A DNA stretch of 64,000 nt from Candidatus Anaerobiospirillum pullistercoris (GTDB lineage Bacteria; Pseudomonadota; Gammaproteobacteria; Enterobacterales; Succinivibrionaceae), in NCBI GenBank assembly GCA_019114785.1, contig DXEV01000168.1, forward strand, positions 2,515 through 66,514, given 5' to 3'. The notes beneath the pieces were generated by a model. That model searched no databases. It saw nothing but the letters and a program-made list of their open reading frames with translations, and was not told the origin of the DNA. Below, piece after piece: positions 1-10,860 of this stretch (positions are counted from its first letter, which is position 1; each line of letters begins with the position of its first letter). The position numbers and the translations under genes are program-made.

Positions 1-83
1 ACTGGTTGCTGAGGCTGTGGCGTTTGCTTTCTTGCAGGGCTCAGAAAAGCCTGCCCTCCTTTCACCTAACAGGAGCATCTCCC

Positions 84-593
84 ATGCGCATCCGCCTCAC
101 CCAAGAGCGTGATTTGCCTGCTATCGATCAGATCTTTGCTTTAGGCCGCGAGCGCCAGCACAGCGAGGGCAACTACTCGCAGTGGCGCGAGGATTACCCC
201 ACCATTGCAGTGGTGCGTGAAGACATCAAAAACGGCACTGGCTTTGTCTGTGTGGATGATGATGATGACACTACTGTGCTTGGCACGTGGGCTTTGGGTG
301 ATTATGAGGAGGTCTATGACCACCTCAAAAGTGGTGCTTGGAACGCTGACCGTGACTACAAAGTCATTCACCGCATGGGCACTATGCCAGGCCATGGGGC
401 TGGGGTCTTCATCATGCAATCTTTGCAAGAGAACTACCCTTATTTGCGGGTCGACACCTTTGAAAAAAATGCCTCAATGATTCGTTTGCTCAAAAAGGTC
501 GGATTCAAGCAATGTGGTGTGGCCTATTATGAGGGCTTTGGCGACATGATTGCTTTTGACTACGTGCGGCCGGAGCGCGCTGCTCAGGATTAA
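84..593 (+). CDS. GNAT family N-acetyltransferase
   Basis: ATG at 84 is preceded by AGGAG (71-75). The ORF-track start at 6 is a TTG without an RBS. The C-terminal half, 'GAGVFIMQSLQENYPYLRVDTFEKNASMIRLLKKVGFKQCG', fits the GNAT acetyl-CoA-binding core pattern. Substrate unknown. Confidence 0.7.
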   Translation: MRIRLTQERDLPAIDQIFALGRERQHSEGNYSQWREDYPTIAVVREDIKNGTGFVCVDDDDDTTVLGTWALGDYEEVYDHLKSGAWNADRDYKVIHRMGTMPGHGAGVFIMQSLQENYPYLRVDTFEKNASMIRLLKKVGFKQCGVAYYEGFGDMIAFDYVRPERAAQD

Positions 594-840
594 TAGACTC
601 TTGTGCCATCTTGCGCTATTGCCTAAAGGAGTAGGGTGAGGTGGCGTTGTCGTCTTGGAGTCAGCCAAGCTGGCGTCAGATCTGCTGGTGTCAGGTCAGC
701 TGGCGACTGGCCAGCTGACAGGGCATGATGTTCGCTGCCTGTGGGGTTAAAGAGTGCATTTTTTGCGATTTACTGAGGTGCGTGCGATAATTGAAGCCTT
801 AATACCGCTTCTCTTGTTGTGACAAGAAACGGTTCGGTGT

Positions 841-1939
<1,099 letters not shown>

Positions 1940-1957
1940 TTGAGCCCCACATTGCCA

Positions 1958-2025
1958 TGCCGTGCCGCGCTGGCTGCAAGCCAGCCAGCCAGCAAGCTAG
2001 CCTGCTAGCTTGGCCGGTCACGGTA
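1958..2025. repeat. GC-rich compound palindromic element inside the pheS-pheT spacer (REP-like)
   Basis: Nested inverted repeats are present: GCTGGCT-GCA-AGCCAGC (1969-1985) and CAAGCTAGC-CT-GCTAGCTTG (1992-2011). They are flanked by CCGTG ... CACGG. Similar GC-rich palindromic clusters recur in other spacers (4470-4600, 8490-8600, 36960-37036, 58580-58725). Confidence 0.45.
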
Positions 2026-2056
2026 GGACGCACTTGAACAGGATTTTTGCTTTTTT

Positions 2057-4441
2057 ATGAAATTCAATAAGAACTGGGTGGACGAGTGGGTGCCAAATAG
2101 CTTAAGCGCCCAAGAGCTGTCTGATGCCATTACCATGGCCGGTTTAGAGGTCGATACCTGCTCCCCTGTCTGCGGTGAGTTTGATCATGTGGTAGTGGGT
2201 GAGGTTAAAGAGTGCTGGGATCACCCAGATTCTGATCACCTCCATGTGACCAAGGTTGATGTCGGTGGCCCTGAGCTCTTACAGATCGTTTGCGGTGCCC
2301 CAAATTGCCGTCAGGGCTTAAAGGTAGCTTGCTCGGTGGTTGGTGCCCATTTACCAGGCATTACCATTAAGGCTGCTAAGCTGCGCGGTGTTGACTCTCA
2401 AGGTATGCTCTGCTCTTACAAGGAGCTGGGTATGTCTGAGGAGTCCAATGGCATTATCGAGCTGCCTGCTGATGCCCCTGTGGGTGCTGATCTGCACGAT
2501 TACATGAAGCTTAACGACAGCACCATTGATGTGGATTTAACCACCAATCGTCCTGACTGCTTAAGCCTGCGTGGTATTGCCCGTGAAGTGGCCGTGCTGA
2601 CCCACGCTGCCTTCCATGAGCTTGATATTAAGGCTTACACCCCAACCTGTGACGCCACCTTCCCAGTAGAAGTGCTCGATTCCAAGGCCTGCCCACGTTA
2701 TTTAGGTCGTGTGATCCACGGTGTTAACCAAAAGGCCGAGAGCCCATTATGGATGACCGAGAAGCTGCGTCGTTGCGGTATCCGCTCGGTGTCGCCAATC
2801 GTTGACGTCACCAACTATGTGATGTTGGAGTTAGGTCAGCCTCTGCACGCTTTCGACTTAAATTGCGTGCACGACAAGATTGAAGTGCGCTTTGCCCGTG
2901 AGGGTGAGAAGCTGGTGCTGCTCTCTGGTGAAGAGATTGAGGTCAAGCCAGATACCTTAGTGATCGCCGATAGCCAAGGCCCTGTGGGCTTAGCTGGTAT
3001 CTTTGGTGGTCAGAAGTCTGGTATCAACGATGAGACCAAAGACGTCTTCTTAGAGTCTGCATTCTTCTCTCCTCTGGCTATCAAGGGCCGTGCTCGTCAC
3101 TATGGCTTAAAGACCGATGCCTCTCACCGCTTTGAGCGTGGCGTGGATCCAGAACTGCAGCGTATGGCTATGGAGCGTGCTACCGAGCTGTTAGTGCAGA
3201 TCGCTGGTGGTCAGGTAGGTCCAGTTATCGAGTGTAAGGATGATGCTGAGCTCAAGAGCAGCGAGACTCACCACATTGTTTTACGCTTAGAGCGCTTAAA
3301 GAAGGTCTTAGGTTGTGAGGTGCCTGTTGAGGAAGTAGAGCACATCTTAAATACCTTAGGTCTGCAGCCTGAGAAGATTGAAGGTGGCTATCGTACCTCT
3401 GCACCATCTTTCCGTTTTGACATCGAGATCGAAGAGGACTTAATTGAGGAAGTGGCCCGTATTTACGGCTACAACCGCATTCCTAACACTCTACCGATCG
3501 CTGAGATGATCATGAGCGCTGACAAGGAAGAGGTCTTAAACGATAAGGCTCTGCGTCATAGCTTAGTGCAGTCTGGCTACCAAGAGGCTATCACCTATTC
3601 CTTCACTGACCCACGTGTGCTTAAGGTCTTCAATGATTTAGAGCCAATGGTGCTGCTGACCCCAATTTCGTTAGAAATGTCAGCTATGCGTACCACCTTA
3701 CTGGCCGGTTTAGCCTTAGCTGCTAAGCACAACGTCAATCGTCAGCAAAAGCGTGTGCGCTTATTTGAGATGGGCTTAAGCTACATCCAAGACGCCAGCG
3801 CCGAAAATGGCGTGCGTCAAGAGCCAATGCTGGCCGGTATTGCTGTGGGTGATGCTGAGGCTGAAAGCTGGGCTACTCCAGCTCGTCACGTGGACTTCTT
3901 TGACATCAAGGGTGATGTCGAGGCCATGTTAGCTTTAACCGCTAAGCCAGAGGCCTATGAGTGGCGTGTCACCGATTGCCCATTCTTACACCCAGGTCAG
4001 GGTGCAGATCTTTATTTAGACGGCCGTAAGGTTGGTGTGGTCGGTATGCTGCATCCAGCTGCCCAAAAGGCTTTAGGCTTTAAGACCTCTGTGGCTGTGT
4101 TTGAGATTGAGCGTGCCGCTTTAGGTCAGCGCGTGATCCCACAAAGCCATGAGATCTCTAAGTTCCCATCAGTGCGTCGTGACTTAGCTTTTGTCTTAGA
4201 CAAGAGTGTGTCCAGCGCTGACTTAGTGCGTGAGATCCGTGAGCAGGGTGGCAAGTTAGTGACCTCGGTCGTGATCTTCGATGTGTTCACCAGTGAGGAG
4301 TTAGGTGATAAGCGCTCCATCGCTTTAGGCCTGACCTTACACGATATTGAGCGCACCTTAGAGGACGCAGAGGTCGACGCCTTGATCGAGAAGATCGTGG
4401 GCGCTGTGCAGACCAAGTTTGGTGCCACCTTACGTGCCTAA
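2057..4441 (+). CDS. pheT: Phenylalanine--tRNA ligase beta subunit
   Basis: 794 aa. It has an N-terminal OB/tRNA-binding domain ('GEVKECWDHPDSDHLHVTKVDVG') and B3/4, B5 and C-terminal FDX-ACB-like regions. It lies directly downstream of pheS. Confidence 0.97.
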   Translation: MKFNKNWVDEWVPNSLSAQELSDAITMAGLEVDTCSPVCGEFDHVVVGEVKECWDHPDSDHLHVTKVDVGGPELLQIVCGAPNCRQGLKVACSVVGAHLPGITIKAAKLRGVDSQGMLCSYKELGMSEESNGIIELPADAPVGADLHDYMKLNDSTIDVDLTTNRPDCLSLRGIAREVAVLTHAAFHELDIKAYTPTCDATFPVEVLDSKACPRYLGRVIHGVNQKAESPLWMTEKLRRCGIRSVSPIVDVTNYVMLELGQPLHAFDLNCVHDKIEVRFAREGEKLVLLSGEEIEVKPDTLVIADSQGPVGLAGIFGGQKSGINDETKDVFLESAFFSPLAIKGRARHYGLKTDASHRFERGVDPELQRMAMERATELLVQIAGGQVGPVIECKDDAELKSSETHHIVLRLERLKKVLGCEVPVEEVEHILNTLGLQPEKIEGGYRTSAPSFRFDIEIEEDLIEEVARIYGYNRIPNTLPIAEMIMSADKEEVLNDKALRHSLVQSGYQEAITYSFTDPRVLKVFNDLEPMVLLTPISLEMSAMRTTLLAGLALAAKHNVNRQQKRVRLFEMGLSYIQDASAENGVRQEPMLAGIAVGDAEAESWATPARHVDFFDIKGDVEAMLALTAKPEAYEWRVTDCPFLHPGQGADLYLDGRKVGVVGMLHPAAQKALGFKTSVAVFEIERAALGQRVIPQSHEISKFPSVRRDLAFVLDKSVSSADLVREIREQGGKLVTSVVIFDVFTSEELGDKRSIALGLTLHDIERTLEDAEVDALIEKIVGAVQTKFGATLRA

Positions 4442-4729
4442 AGCTTAGGCATAAAACCATAAAGTGCTGTCTGTTCGTTGCGCGGTGCGCAATGGATAGG
4501 CGGCCCGAGGCTAGCTTCCCTGAGCTCTTATGCGCTCTTGAGCGCTATTCAGAGCGCTAGAAAGCGCGAGAGTAGGGGAGCTGGCCTCAGTAACAAAAAA
4601 TAGTAAAAAGTAACGAGAAGGTGTGTGCCCCAAGTGCCCTCAAAGCCAAGTTTGGCTTCAAGGTATATCCCTGAGGATATTTGGGGCACGCAGCTTAGCG
4701 TGATGTGTTTTAGTCTGGCGGAGGCCCCT

Positions 4730-5173
4730 ATGGCTGACAATGAGAACTCGTCTTTTAAGAATTTGGACGAGGGTTTGGCCAAACTAGAGAGTGTGGTCAA
4801 GCAGCTTGAGGATAACTCTCTCAGTATCGATGATGCTATCGGCCGTTATACCGAGGGAATGCGTCTGGCTGTTGAGTGCCGTCGTAGTTTAAATCAGCTC
4901 ACTCAGCACGTGACTGAAGTGCGTCGTGAGGCCATGCAGTCCATTGATCAGTTGAATGCTATGGAAGGTCAGGTGCAATCTCAGATTGCGGCCCAAACGA
5001 GCGAGCCTGCTGCAAACGGCCAGATGAACGCTGCCCAGATGAATGCAGCCCCAATGGAAGCTATGCCAACAGACTCTGCTCCAATGGGCGAAGAGCCAAG
5101 AAGTAATAACAACTTCGGTGAGCCGTCTCAACCTAACTTTGGTAATGGCAGCGACGACGATATTCCGTTCTAA
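4730..5173 (+). CDS. xseB: Exodeoxyribonuclease VII small subunit with a long low-complexity C-terminal extension
   Basis: ATG at 4730 follows GGCGGAGG. 'FKNLDEGLAKLESVVKQLEDNSLSIDDAIGRYTEGMRLAVECRRSL' is the typical XseB helical hairpin. It sits upstream of ispA-dxs as in enterobacteria. The protein is 147 aa, whereas XseB is usually about 80 aa. Confidence 0.85.
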   Translation: MADNENSSFKNLDEGLAKLESVVKQLEDNSLSIDDAIGRYTEGMRLAVECRRSLNQLTQHVTEVRREAMQSIDQLNAMEGQVQSQIAAQTSEPAANGQMNAAQMNAAPMEAMPTDSAPMGEEPRSNNNFGEPSQPNFGNGSDDDIPF

Positions 5174-5225
5174 GAAGTTTGGGGCAATCAAGTTACAGTC
5201 TTAGCGGGTGGTAGGAGGATCCGTC

Positions 5226-6182
5226 ATGCCACAATTGAATGACTTTTTCTCGCTAGTGCAAAAGCGTGTGAATACCTGCATGCAGGATAAACTTGCGCGA
5301 CTGCCAGCTGCGCCTGAAGAGCTTAAGGAAGCCATGAGCTATGCTTTGCTCTTAGGTGGTAAGCGTGCTCGCCCATTGCTGGTCTATGCCACAGGTCAGG
5401 CTTTTGGTGCTTCGTTGCGCGATCTTGATTATGTCGCTGCGGCTGTAGAGTGTATTCACGCTTATTCCCTCATTCACGATGACATGCCAGAGATGGACAA
5501 CGACATGCTGCGTCGTGGTCAGCCTACCGTACATGCTAAATTTGGTGCAGCTACAGCTTTACTGGCTGGAGATGCACTGCAAGCTTTAGCTTTTGATTTC
5601 TTAACCGATGAGCGCTGCAAGCTTGCTGATGAGGTTAAGGCCAAGATGTGCGCTACCTTAGCCCAAGCCGCTGGTTTCTGTGGCATGTGTGGCGGTCAAG
5701 CTTTAGATCTCAAGGCCGAGCATCAGCATTTACCTCAAGAGCAATTAGAGCACTTACATTCACTCAAGACTGGCGCTCTGATCACCGCCGCTGTGCAATT
5801 GGGCTTTATCGCTGCACGCTATGAAGCTGCACACCAGAATCAGCAGTCTGATGTGATTGGTCTGACTTTAGGCTTCTTAGACTCGCCTCAGGTGCCACAT
5901 TACTTTGAGCTGCTTTCCAACTATGGCCGTAAGGTCGGTTTGGCCTTCCAAGTATGGGACGACGTCTTGGATGTAGCTGGAGATAGCGCCATTTTAGGCA
6001 AGACCGTGGGTTCAGATGAGTCTCACGAAAAGAGCACTTATGTGTCGTTATTAGGTCTGGAGCAGGCTAAAGCCTATGCACAAAAGCTCAGTGATGAGGC
6101 TTGTGCCATCTTAAAAGAGATCAAAGCCGACACCTCTGTGCTGGAGCAATTTGCTCGCTTCTGTGTCAATCGCGATCATTAA
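5226..6182 (+). CDS. ispA: (2E,6E)-farnesyl diphosphate synthase
   Basis: ATG at 5226 follows AGGAGG. The first Asp-rich motif is 'LIHDDMPEMDNDMLRRG' and the second is 'FQVWDDVLD'. The xseB-ispA-dxs gene order is conserved. Confidence 0.9.
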   Translation: MPQLNDFFSLVQKRVNTCMQDKLARLPAAPEELKEAMSYALLLGGKRARPLLVYATGQAFGASLRDLDYVAAAVECIHAYSLIHDDMPEMDNDMLRRGQPTVHAKFGAATALLAGDALQALAFDFLTDERCKLADEVKAKMCATLAQAAGFCGMCGGQALDLKAEHQHLPQEQLEHLHSLKTGALITAAVQLGFIAARYEAAHQNQQSDVIGLTLGFLDSPQVPHYFELLSNYGRKVGLAFQVWDDVLDVAGDSAILGKTVGSDESHEKSTYVSLLGLEQAKAYAQKLSDEACAILKEIKADTSVLEQFARFCVNRDH

Positions 6183-6367
6183 GCCAAGGCCCTTGCCTGA
6201 GGGCTAAGTGGTGGCCCTCATGGCTTAGCCACGCTGTGTGTGTTTTTTAGAATGTTAGCCGTAAGGCTATGTGATGAGTGTCTTCCCTAGACTGAGATAG
6301 AGATCTGTCACTAAAGTTAGCAGCCAGAGCTAGCTTTAGCTATCTATATCTGGGGGAGGTCACGTAG

Positions 6368-8488
6368 GTGTGGATAGTGACAACAGATAAATTTCAGCTG
6401 CTTAACGGTATTAATGATGCGACTGATGTGCGCGCCTTACCACGTGATGCCTTACCGCAATTGTGTGCGGAAGTACGCAGCTGCCTGATCGATACAGTCA
6501 GTAAGACCGCAGGCCACTTGGCCTCGGGTCTGGGCGTAGTGGAGCTTACTGTAGCTTTGCACTACGTTTATGACACCCCTAAGGACATTATTGTCTGGGA
6601 TGTTGGCCATCAGGCCTATCCACATAAAATCCTCACTGGCCACCGGCAAGAGCTGCAGACCATTCGCCAGAAGAACGGACTGCACGCCTTTATTTGGCGT
6701 GGTGAAACCCCATATGATCTCATCAGTACTGGCCATGCTTCGACTTCGGTGGGCTCGGCCTTAGGTCTTGCTGTAGCCGAGCGCAATAAGCCGCAAGATA
6801 AGCGCCGCAAAGTCATTGCGGTGATTGGTGACGGTGCGCTATCTGGTGGCTGTGCCTTTGAGGCTTTAAATCAAGCTGGTTCCTTTAAAGACATCGATCT
6901 CACTGTCATTCTCAATGACAATGAGATGAGCATTTCCGAGAACGTCGGTTCGATTGCCCAAGGTCTCTCGCATGTGATCTCTAGCCCGCATTACGTGAAG
7001 CTGGTTGAGGGCGGTAAACGCATTCTCAAGTCATTCCCTGCTGTGCGCGATCTGGCACTGCGAGCTCAAGAGCACGTCAAAGGTATGCTCATGCCAGGAA
7101 CCCTCTTTGAGGAGCTGGGCTTTAATTACATCGGCCCAGTGGATGGCAATGATGTTGAGCGTCTGACCACCATTCTGCAAAACATTAAAGAGATCTCTGG
7201 CCTTAAGTTTTTGCATATCGTTACCAAAAAGGGCAAGGGCTATGAGCCTGCTGAGCAGGATCCGGTTTGCTATCACGGTGTGCCAGCATTCAATCCTGAG
7301 CAAGGCATTGATCGTAATAGCACTAAGGAAGACCGCTCGTATTCGGCTGCCTTTGGACGCTGGCTGTGCGATCGAGCTGTAACTGATCGCAAGTTGATGG
7401 GTGTTACCCCTGCAATGCGTATTGGCTCGGGTATGGCCGAATTTGCGCGCACTTATCCACATCAGTTTTTTGATGTAGGTATTGCCGAGCAGCATGCTAT
7501 GGTCTTTGCCTCTGGCTTAGCTGCCGGAGGTTTGCGCCCAGTGGTTAATATCTACAGCTCCTTTATGCAGCGTGCTTACGACGGTCTGATCCATGATATG
7601 GCGATCCAAGACTTGCCTATTATGCTGTGCTTAGACCGTGGTGGTGTGGTTGGCCCTGATGGCCCAACCCATAATGGTAGCTTTGATATTGCCTATACCC
7701 GCACTGTGCCTAATTTGCTCATCATGGCTCCAAGTACCCGTCATGAGCTCTATACCATGATGAATACGGGTTATGCCTATGAGCATCCATGCGTGATCCG
7801 TTATCCGCGTAGTAATGGTGAGAGCCTGATGGAGTTAAGTGCTGATGGTAGTGAGCGTCCTGTACGTTTGAGCTTAGAGCAGACCTTAAAGATCGGCCAA
7901 GTGGAGTGCCTGCACTTAACTCATAGCCATCAAGCTCAGCTGGATGATCACTGGCGCGAGCTCTTGGGCATGACGGCGGATAACGTGCCTTCTTTGCCTG
8001 CACCAGCAGTGTCTGGAGCAACGACTGCAGACGTGATCACTGTTAATGCTTCAGCTGATGCTGCTACCGTTGCTGTTGCGGCAAACGATTCTGATCATGT
8101 GGCTGACAATGCTCTGGGTAAGCAGCACAAGATTGCTTTATTGTGCTTTGGTACCTGTGCTCATGATCTAGTGCCACTGGCCCAAAGTGAAGATTTGACG
8201 CTGATCAATATGCGCTTCATTAAGCCTTTAAAAGAGGATTTAGTGCGCGCCTTAGCTGCAGAATATGATCTGCTAGTGACTGTAGAGGAAGGGGCAAAAC
8301 TAGGTGGTATTGGCGAGCACATTGCAGCCGTTGTGGCAGAGCTGCCAAGAAGTAAGCAGCGTGCATCTGTGCTAACCTTAGGTCTAAATGATGCCTTTAT
8401 CATGGAAGGCTTACGTCCTGAGCTTTTAGCCGAGCAAGGTATGTCGCCACAAGGGATCAAAGAGCGTATTAGCGCTTACTTTGCCTAG
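6368..8488 (+). CDS. dxs: 1-deoxy-D-xylulose-5-phosphate synthase (with ~70-aa insertion)
   Basis: GTG start follows GGGGGAGG. The TPP-binding motif 'GDGALSGGCAFEALN ... NDNEMSIS', 'DVGIAEQHAMVFASGLA' and 'DRGGVVGPDGPTHNGSFD' are present. The protein is 706 aa, whereas Dxs is typically about 620 aa. Confidence 0.95.
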   Translation: MWIVTTDKFQLLNGINDATDVRALPRDALPQLCAEVRSCLIDTVSKTAGHLASGLGVVELTVALHYVYDTPKDIIVWDVGHQAYPHKILTGHRQELQTIRQKNGLHAFIWRGETPYDLISTGHASTSVGSALGLAVAERNKPQDKRRKVIAVIGDGALSGGCAFEALNQAGSFKDIDLTVILNDNEMSISENVGSIAQGLSHVISSPHYVKLVEGGKRILKSFPAVRDLALRAQEHVKGMLMPGTLFEELGFNYIGPVDGNDVERLTTILQNIKEISGLKFLHIVTKKGKGYEPAEQDPVCYHGVPAFNPEQGIDRNSTKEDRSYSAAFGRWLCDRAVTDRKLMGVTPAMRIGSGMAEFARTYPHQFFDVGIAEQHAMVFASGLAAGGLRPVVNIYSSFMQRAYDGLIHDMAIQDLPIMLCLDRGGVVGPDGPTHNGSFDIAYTRTVPNLLIMAPSTRHELYTMMNTGYAYEHPCVIRYPRSNGESLMELSADGSERPVRLSLEQTLKIGQVECLHLTHSHQAQLDDHWRELLGMTADNVPSLPAPAVSGATTADVITVNASADAATVAVAANDSDHVADNALGKQHKIALLCFGTCAHDLVPLAQSEDLTLINMRFIKPLKEDLVRALAAEYDLLVTVEEGAKLGGIGEHIAAVVAELPRSKQRASVLTLGLNDAFIMEGLRPELLAEQGMSPQGIKERISAYFA

Positions 8489-8662
8489 TACCGCCCCGCG
8501 CGCGTTTGCGCAAGCCTGCGCGCGCTTGAGTGCGCGTTTGCACGCGCCTCAGCGGCGCAAGCCATGGGCCGCTACAGCTGGCGTCATGCAATGTGAGACT
8601 ACACAGCGCTGTCGCTGACCTTTGTGCCAAAGCCTGTTTTGTTTTTGTGAGGAGAGAGCAGC

Positions 8663-9157
8663 ATGCCATCATTTGATATCGTTTCTGAGCTGAAGAAAGA
8701 CGAATTGCAGAACGCCGTCGATAACGCTAACCGTGAGCTGCAAAGCCGTTATGACTTTAGAGGCGTGGAGGCTTCCTATACTCTGGTTAAGGCCGAGAAT
8801 TTAGTGAAGCTTGAGGCCAATGAGGATTTCCAGATCCAGCAAATGGATGACATCCTGATGCAAAAGCTGATTAAGCGTGGCATCGAGGTGACATGCGCTG
8901 AGTTTAAGGACATTACGCGCTCCGGTAAGCGCTCGCTGCAACAGGTGGTGTTCAAAGAGGGTATCGATAAGGAGCTGGGCAAGAAGATCGTCAAGCTGAT
9001 CAAGGATGCCAAGCTGAAGGTCGACGCCAAGATGAACGATGACACTGTGCGTGTGCAGGGTAAGAAGCGTGATGATCTGCAAGCTGCAATTGCAGCAGTT
9101 AAGGCCAAGGCCGGTGATTTAGGTCAGCCACTGCAATTTAACAACTTCCGTGACTAA
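8663..9157 (+). CDS. yajQ: YajQ family (UPF0234) nucleotide / cyclic-di-GMP-binding protein
   Basis: 164 aa. 'MPSFDIVSE' and 'RYDFRGVEAS' are the characteristic YajQ N-terminus. An RBS GAGGAGAG lies upstream. Confidence 0.9.
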   Translation: MPSFDIVSELKKDELQNAVDNANRELQSRYDFRGVEASYTLVKAENLVKLEANEDFQIQQMDDILMQKLIKRGIEVTCAEFKDITRSGKRSLQQVVFKEGIDKELGKKIVKLIKDAKLKVDAKMNDDTVRVQGKKRDDLQAAIAAVKAKAGDLGQPLQFNNFRD

Positions 9158-9184
9158 TGACTGCTTAGTCCTATAGTCCTGCCT

Positions 9185-9235
9185 CCCCGCTTCTTTGCTG
9201 TGCCGTACATGCAAGGAATGCGGGGCTTTTCTTTT
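9185..9235 (+). terminator. Probable intrinsic terminator after yajQ
   Basis: CCCCGC (9185-9190) pairs with GCGGGG (9220-9225), with an inner TTGC/GCAA stem. CTTTTCTTTTCC follows. Confidence 0.45.
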
Positions 9236-9249
9236 CCTTTCTCGATTTT

Positions 9250-10800
9250 TTGGCCATTGCTATGAGCACTTCAGATCCTAGTCACTCCGCAGTAAATGAT
9301 TCTGTTCACGCCAATGACAGCGCCACGCGTCAGGATATAGAAGTGCAAGGCCACACTCCTCAAGAAGCAGTCACTGCTGGCTCCGCAGCAGTGCCACCAG
9401 ACGCATCCGCTGCATCCGCATCCTCAGCACCAGCTGCATCAGCAGCTACCACCGCTGCCACCACCACTGACGCTGCACCAGCTGCGAGTGCTGCATCAGC
9501 AGCCAATACAGCTGCGACTGAGGCTACCTCAGGAGCTGACAAAGCGACTGAGCAGCGCTCTATGTGGCGCGAGATCTTTTCCAAGCGCATGGGCATATGT
9601 GTGGTTACGGGCTTTGCCTCCGGTATGCCTCTTTTTGTGCTCATCAATCTTCTTTCGGCCTTTTTGCGCAAAGAAGGTTTAGACCTTAAGGTGATCGGAG
9701 CCTTTTCGCTCATGATGATCCCTTATACGTGGAAGTTCCTCTGGGCCCCATTTGTCGATCGCTTTCAGATCTTTCACTTAGGTCGCCGTAAAGACTGGAT
9801 GATCCTCTCGCAAGTAGTGCTGATCCTGTCCATTGGCGCTATGGGCTTTTTTAACCCCCAAGACTCTATCCTTATAGTAGCAGCATTGGCCACGCTCATT
9901 GCCTTTGCTTCAGCGACCCAAGATATTGTGCTGGATGCCTATCGTCGTGAGTTCTTGCCTACCAACGAGCTGGGCTTAGGTAACGCCATTTTCGTGAATG
10001 CCTATCGTGTGGCGGGTTTAGTGCCAGGCGGTATCTCTCTGATCCTTGCTGATTACGTCTCGTGGACAGTAGTCTTTAACTTTACGGCCGCCTGTCTGAT
10101 CCCTTGCTTAGTGCTTTCGCTTTTCCTGAATGAGAGCAAGGTAGGGCATGCGCCACGTACTCTTAAAGAGGCGGTAGTAGAGCCTTTCCGTGAGTTTATT
10201 GTGCGTCGCGGAGTAGGGGCGGCTTTATTTATCGTTTGCTTCGTCTTCCTGTATAAGATCGGCGATAGTATGGCCTTAGCGCTAGCCACGCCGTTTTATA
10301 TGGATTTAGGCTATGACTTAACCACTATTGGTATCGTGGCCAAGAATGTGGGCTTGTGGTCGACAGTCATTGGTGGTCTGTTAGGTGGCGTCTTTATGCT
10401 CAAGCTGGGCATTAACCGCGCCCTCTGGATCTTTGGTCTGATCCAATTAGTGACGATCTTAGGCTTTGTCTGGCTGGCTCATTTGGGCCAGTATGGCACG
10501 CCATCGGTCTGGTTGTTGGCTTTAGTGCTGGTAGGAGAGTACGGTGGTGGTGGTTTAGGCACCTCAGCCTTTGTGGCCTTCATTGCCAAGGAAACCAACC
10601 CTGCCTATACGGCTACGCAGCTGGCGCTGTTGACGAGCTTTTCGGCCGTGCCACGAACTTTCTGCAATGCTGTGACAGGCTATTTAGTCGAAGGCTTAGG
10701 CTGGGAGAACTTCTTTATTCTGTGCACGGTGCTCGCTATTCCAGGCATGCTGCTGCTCTTTAAGGTTGCCCCTTGGAATCAGCGCGATGATGTGGCCTAA
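9250..10800 (+). CDS. ampG: AmpG family muropeptide MFS permease with Ala/Ser/Thr-rich N-terminal extension
   Basis: It is a polytopic MFS protein. 'GFASGMPLFVLINLLSAFLRKEGLDLKVIGAFSLMMIPYTWKFLWAPFVDR' and 'FASATQDIVLDAYRRE' align by eye with AmpG. The start is uncertain (TTG 9250 or ATG 9262). About 100 aa of low-complexity sequence precede TM1. Confidence 0.8.
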   Translation: MAIAMSTSDPSHSAVNDSVHANDSATRQDIEVQGHTPQEAVTAGSAAVPPDASAASASSAPAASAATTAATTTDAAPAASAASAANTAATEATSGADKATEQRSMWREIFSKRMGICVVTGFASGMPLFVLINLLSAFLRKEGLDLKVIGAFSLMMIPYTWKFLWAPFVDRFQIFHLGRRKDWMILSQVVLILSIGAMGFFNPQDSILIVAALATLIAFASATQDIVLDAYRREFLPTNELGLGNAIFVNAYRVAGLVPGGISLILADYVSWTVVFNFTAACLIPCLVLSLFLNESKVGHAPRTLKEAVVEPFREFIVRRGVGAALFIVCFVFLYKIGDSMALALATPFYMDLGYDLTTIGIVAKNVGLWSTVIGGLLGGVFMLKLGINRALWIFGLIQLVTILGFVWLAHLGQYGTPSVWLLALVLVGEYGGGGLGTSAFVAFIAKETNPAYTATQLALLTSFSAVPRTFCNAVTGYLVEGLGWENFFILCTVLAIPGMLLLFKVAPWNQRDDVA

Positions 10801-10860
10801 TGAGTGTTAGACAGTAGCCTCAGAGTTATTCCAACGTTGTGAGTTTAGAGGGTAAAACAA

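Noticed and set aside
6-83. N-terminal extension of the GNAT ORF from the TTG at position 6.
   Set aside because: It has no RBS. The ATG at 84 has a good AGGAG, and the domain starts there.
725-790. A 21-codon ORF (MMFAACGVKECIFCDLLRCVR) upstream of pheS, considered as a pheM-like attenuation leader peptide.
   Set aside because: It has only two Phe codons, and they are not clustered. It has no obvious RBS and does not overlap the terminator-like stem in the way attenuation requires.
6183-6367. A hairpin GGCTAAG...CTTAGCC followed by a T-run between ispA and dxs, considered as an intrinsic terminator.
   Set aside because: About 14 nt separate the stem from the T tract. In addition, ispA and dxs are normally co-transcribed. 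The evidence is too weak to annotate.
7031-7495. A 154-aa antisense ORF inside dxs. Similar antisense or alternative-frame ORFs occur inside pheS/pheT, ampG, nqr genes, the helicase gene (for example 22726-23073), the island minus-strand genes (30139-30588, 33343-33661), the SSS transporter (38292-38768) and the MFS genes.
   Set aside because: They are fully embedded in strongly supported genes, with no RBS and no recognisable motifs. They are typical shadow ORFs.
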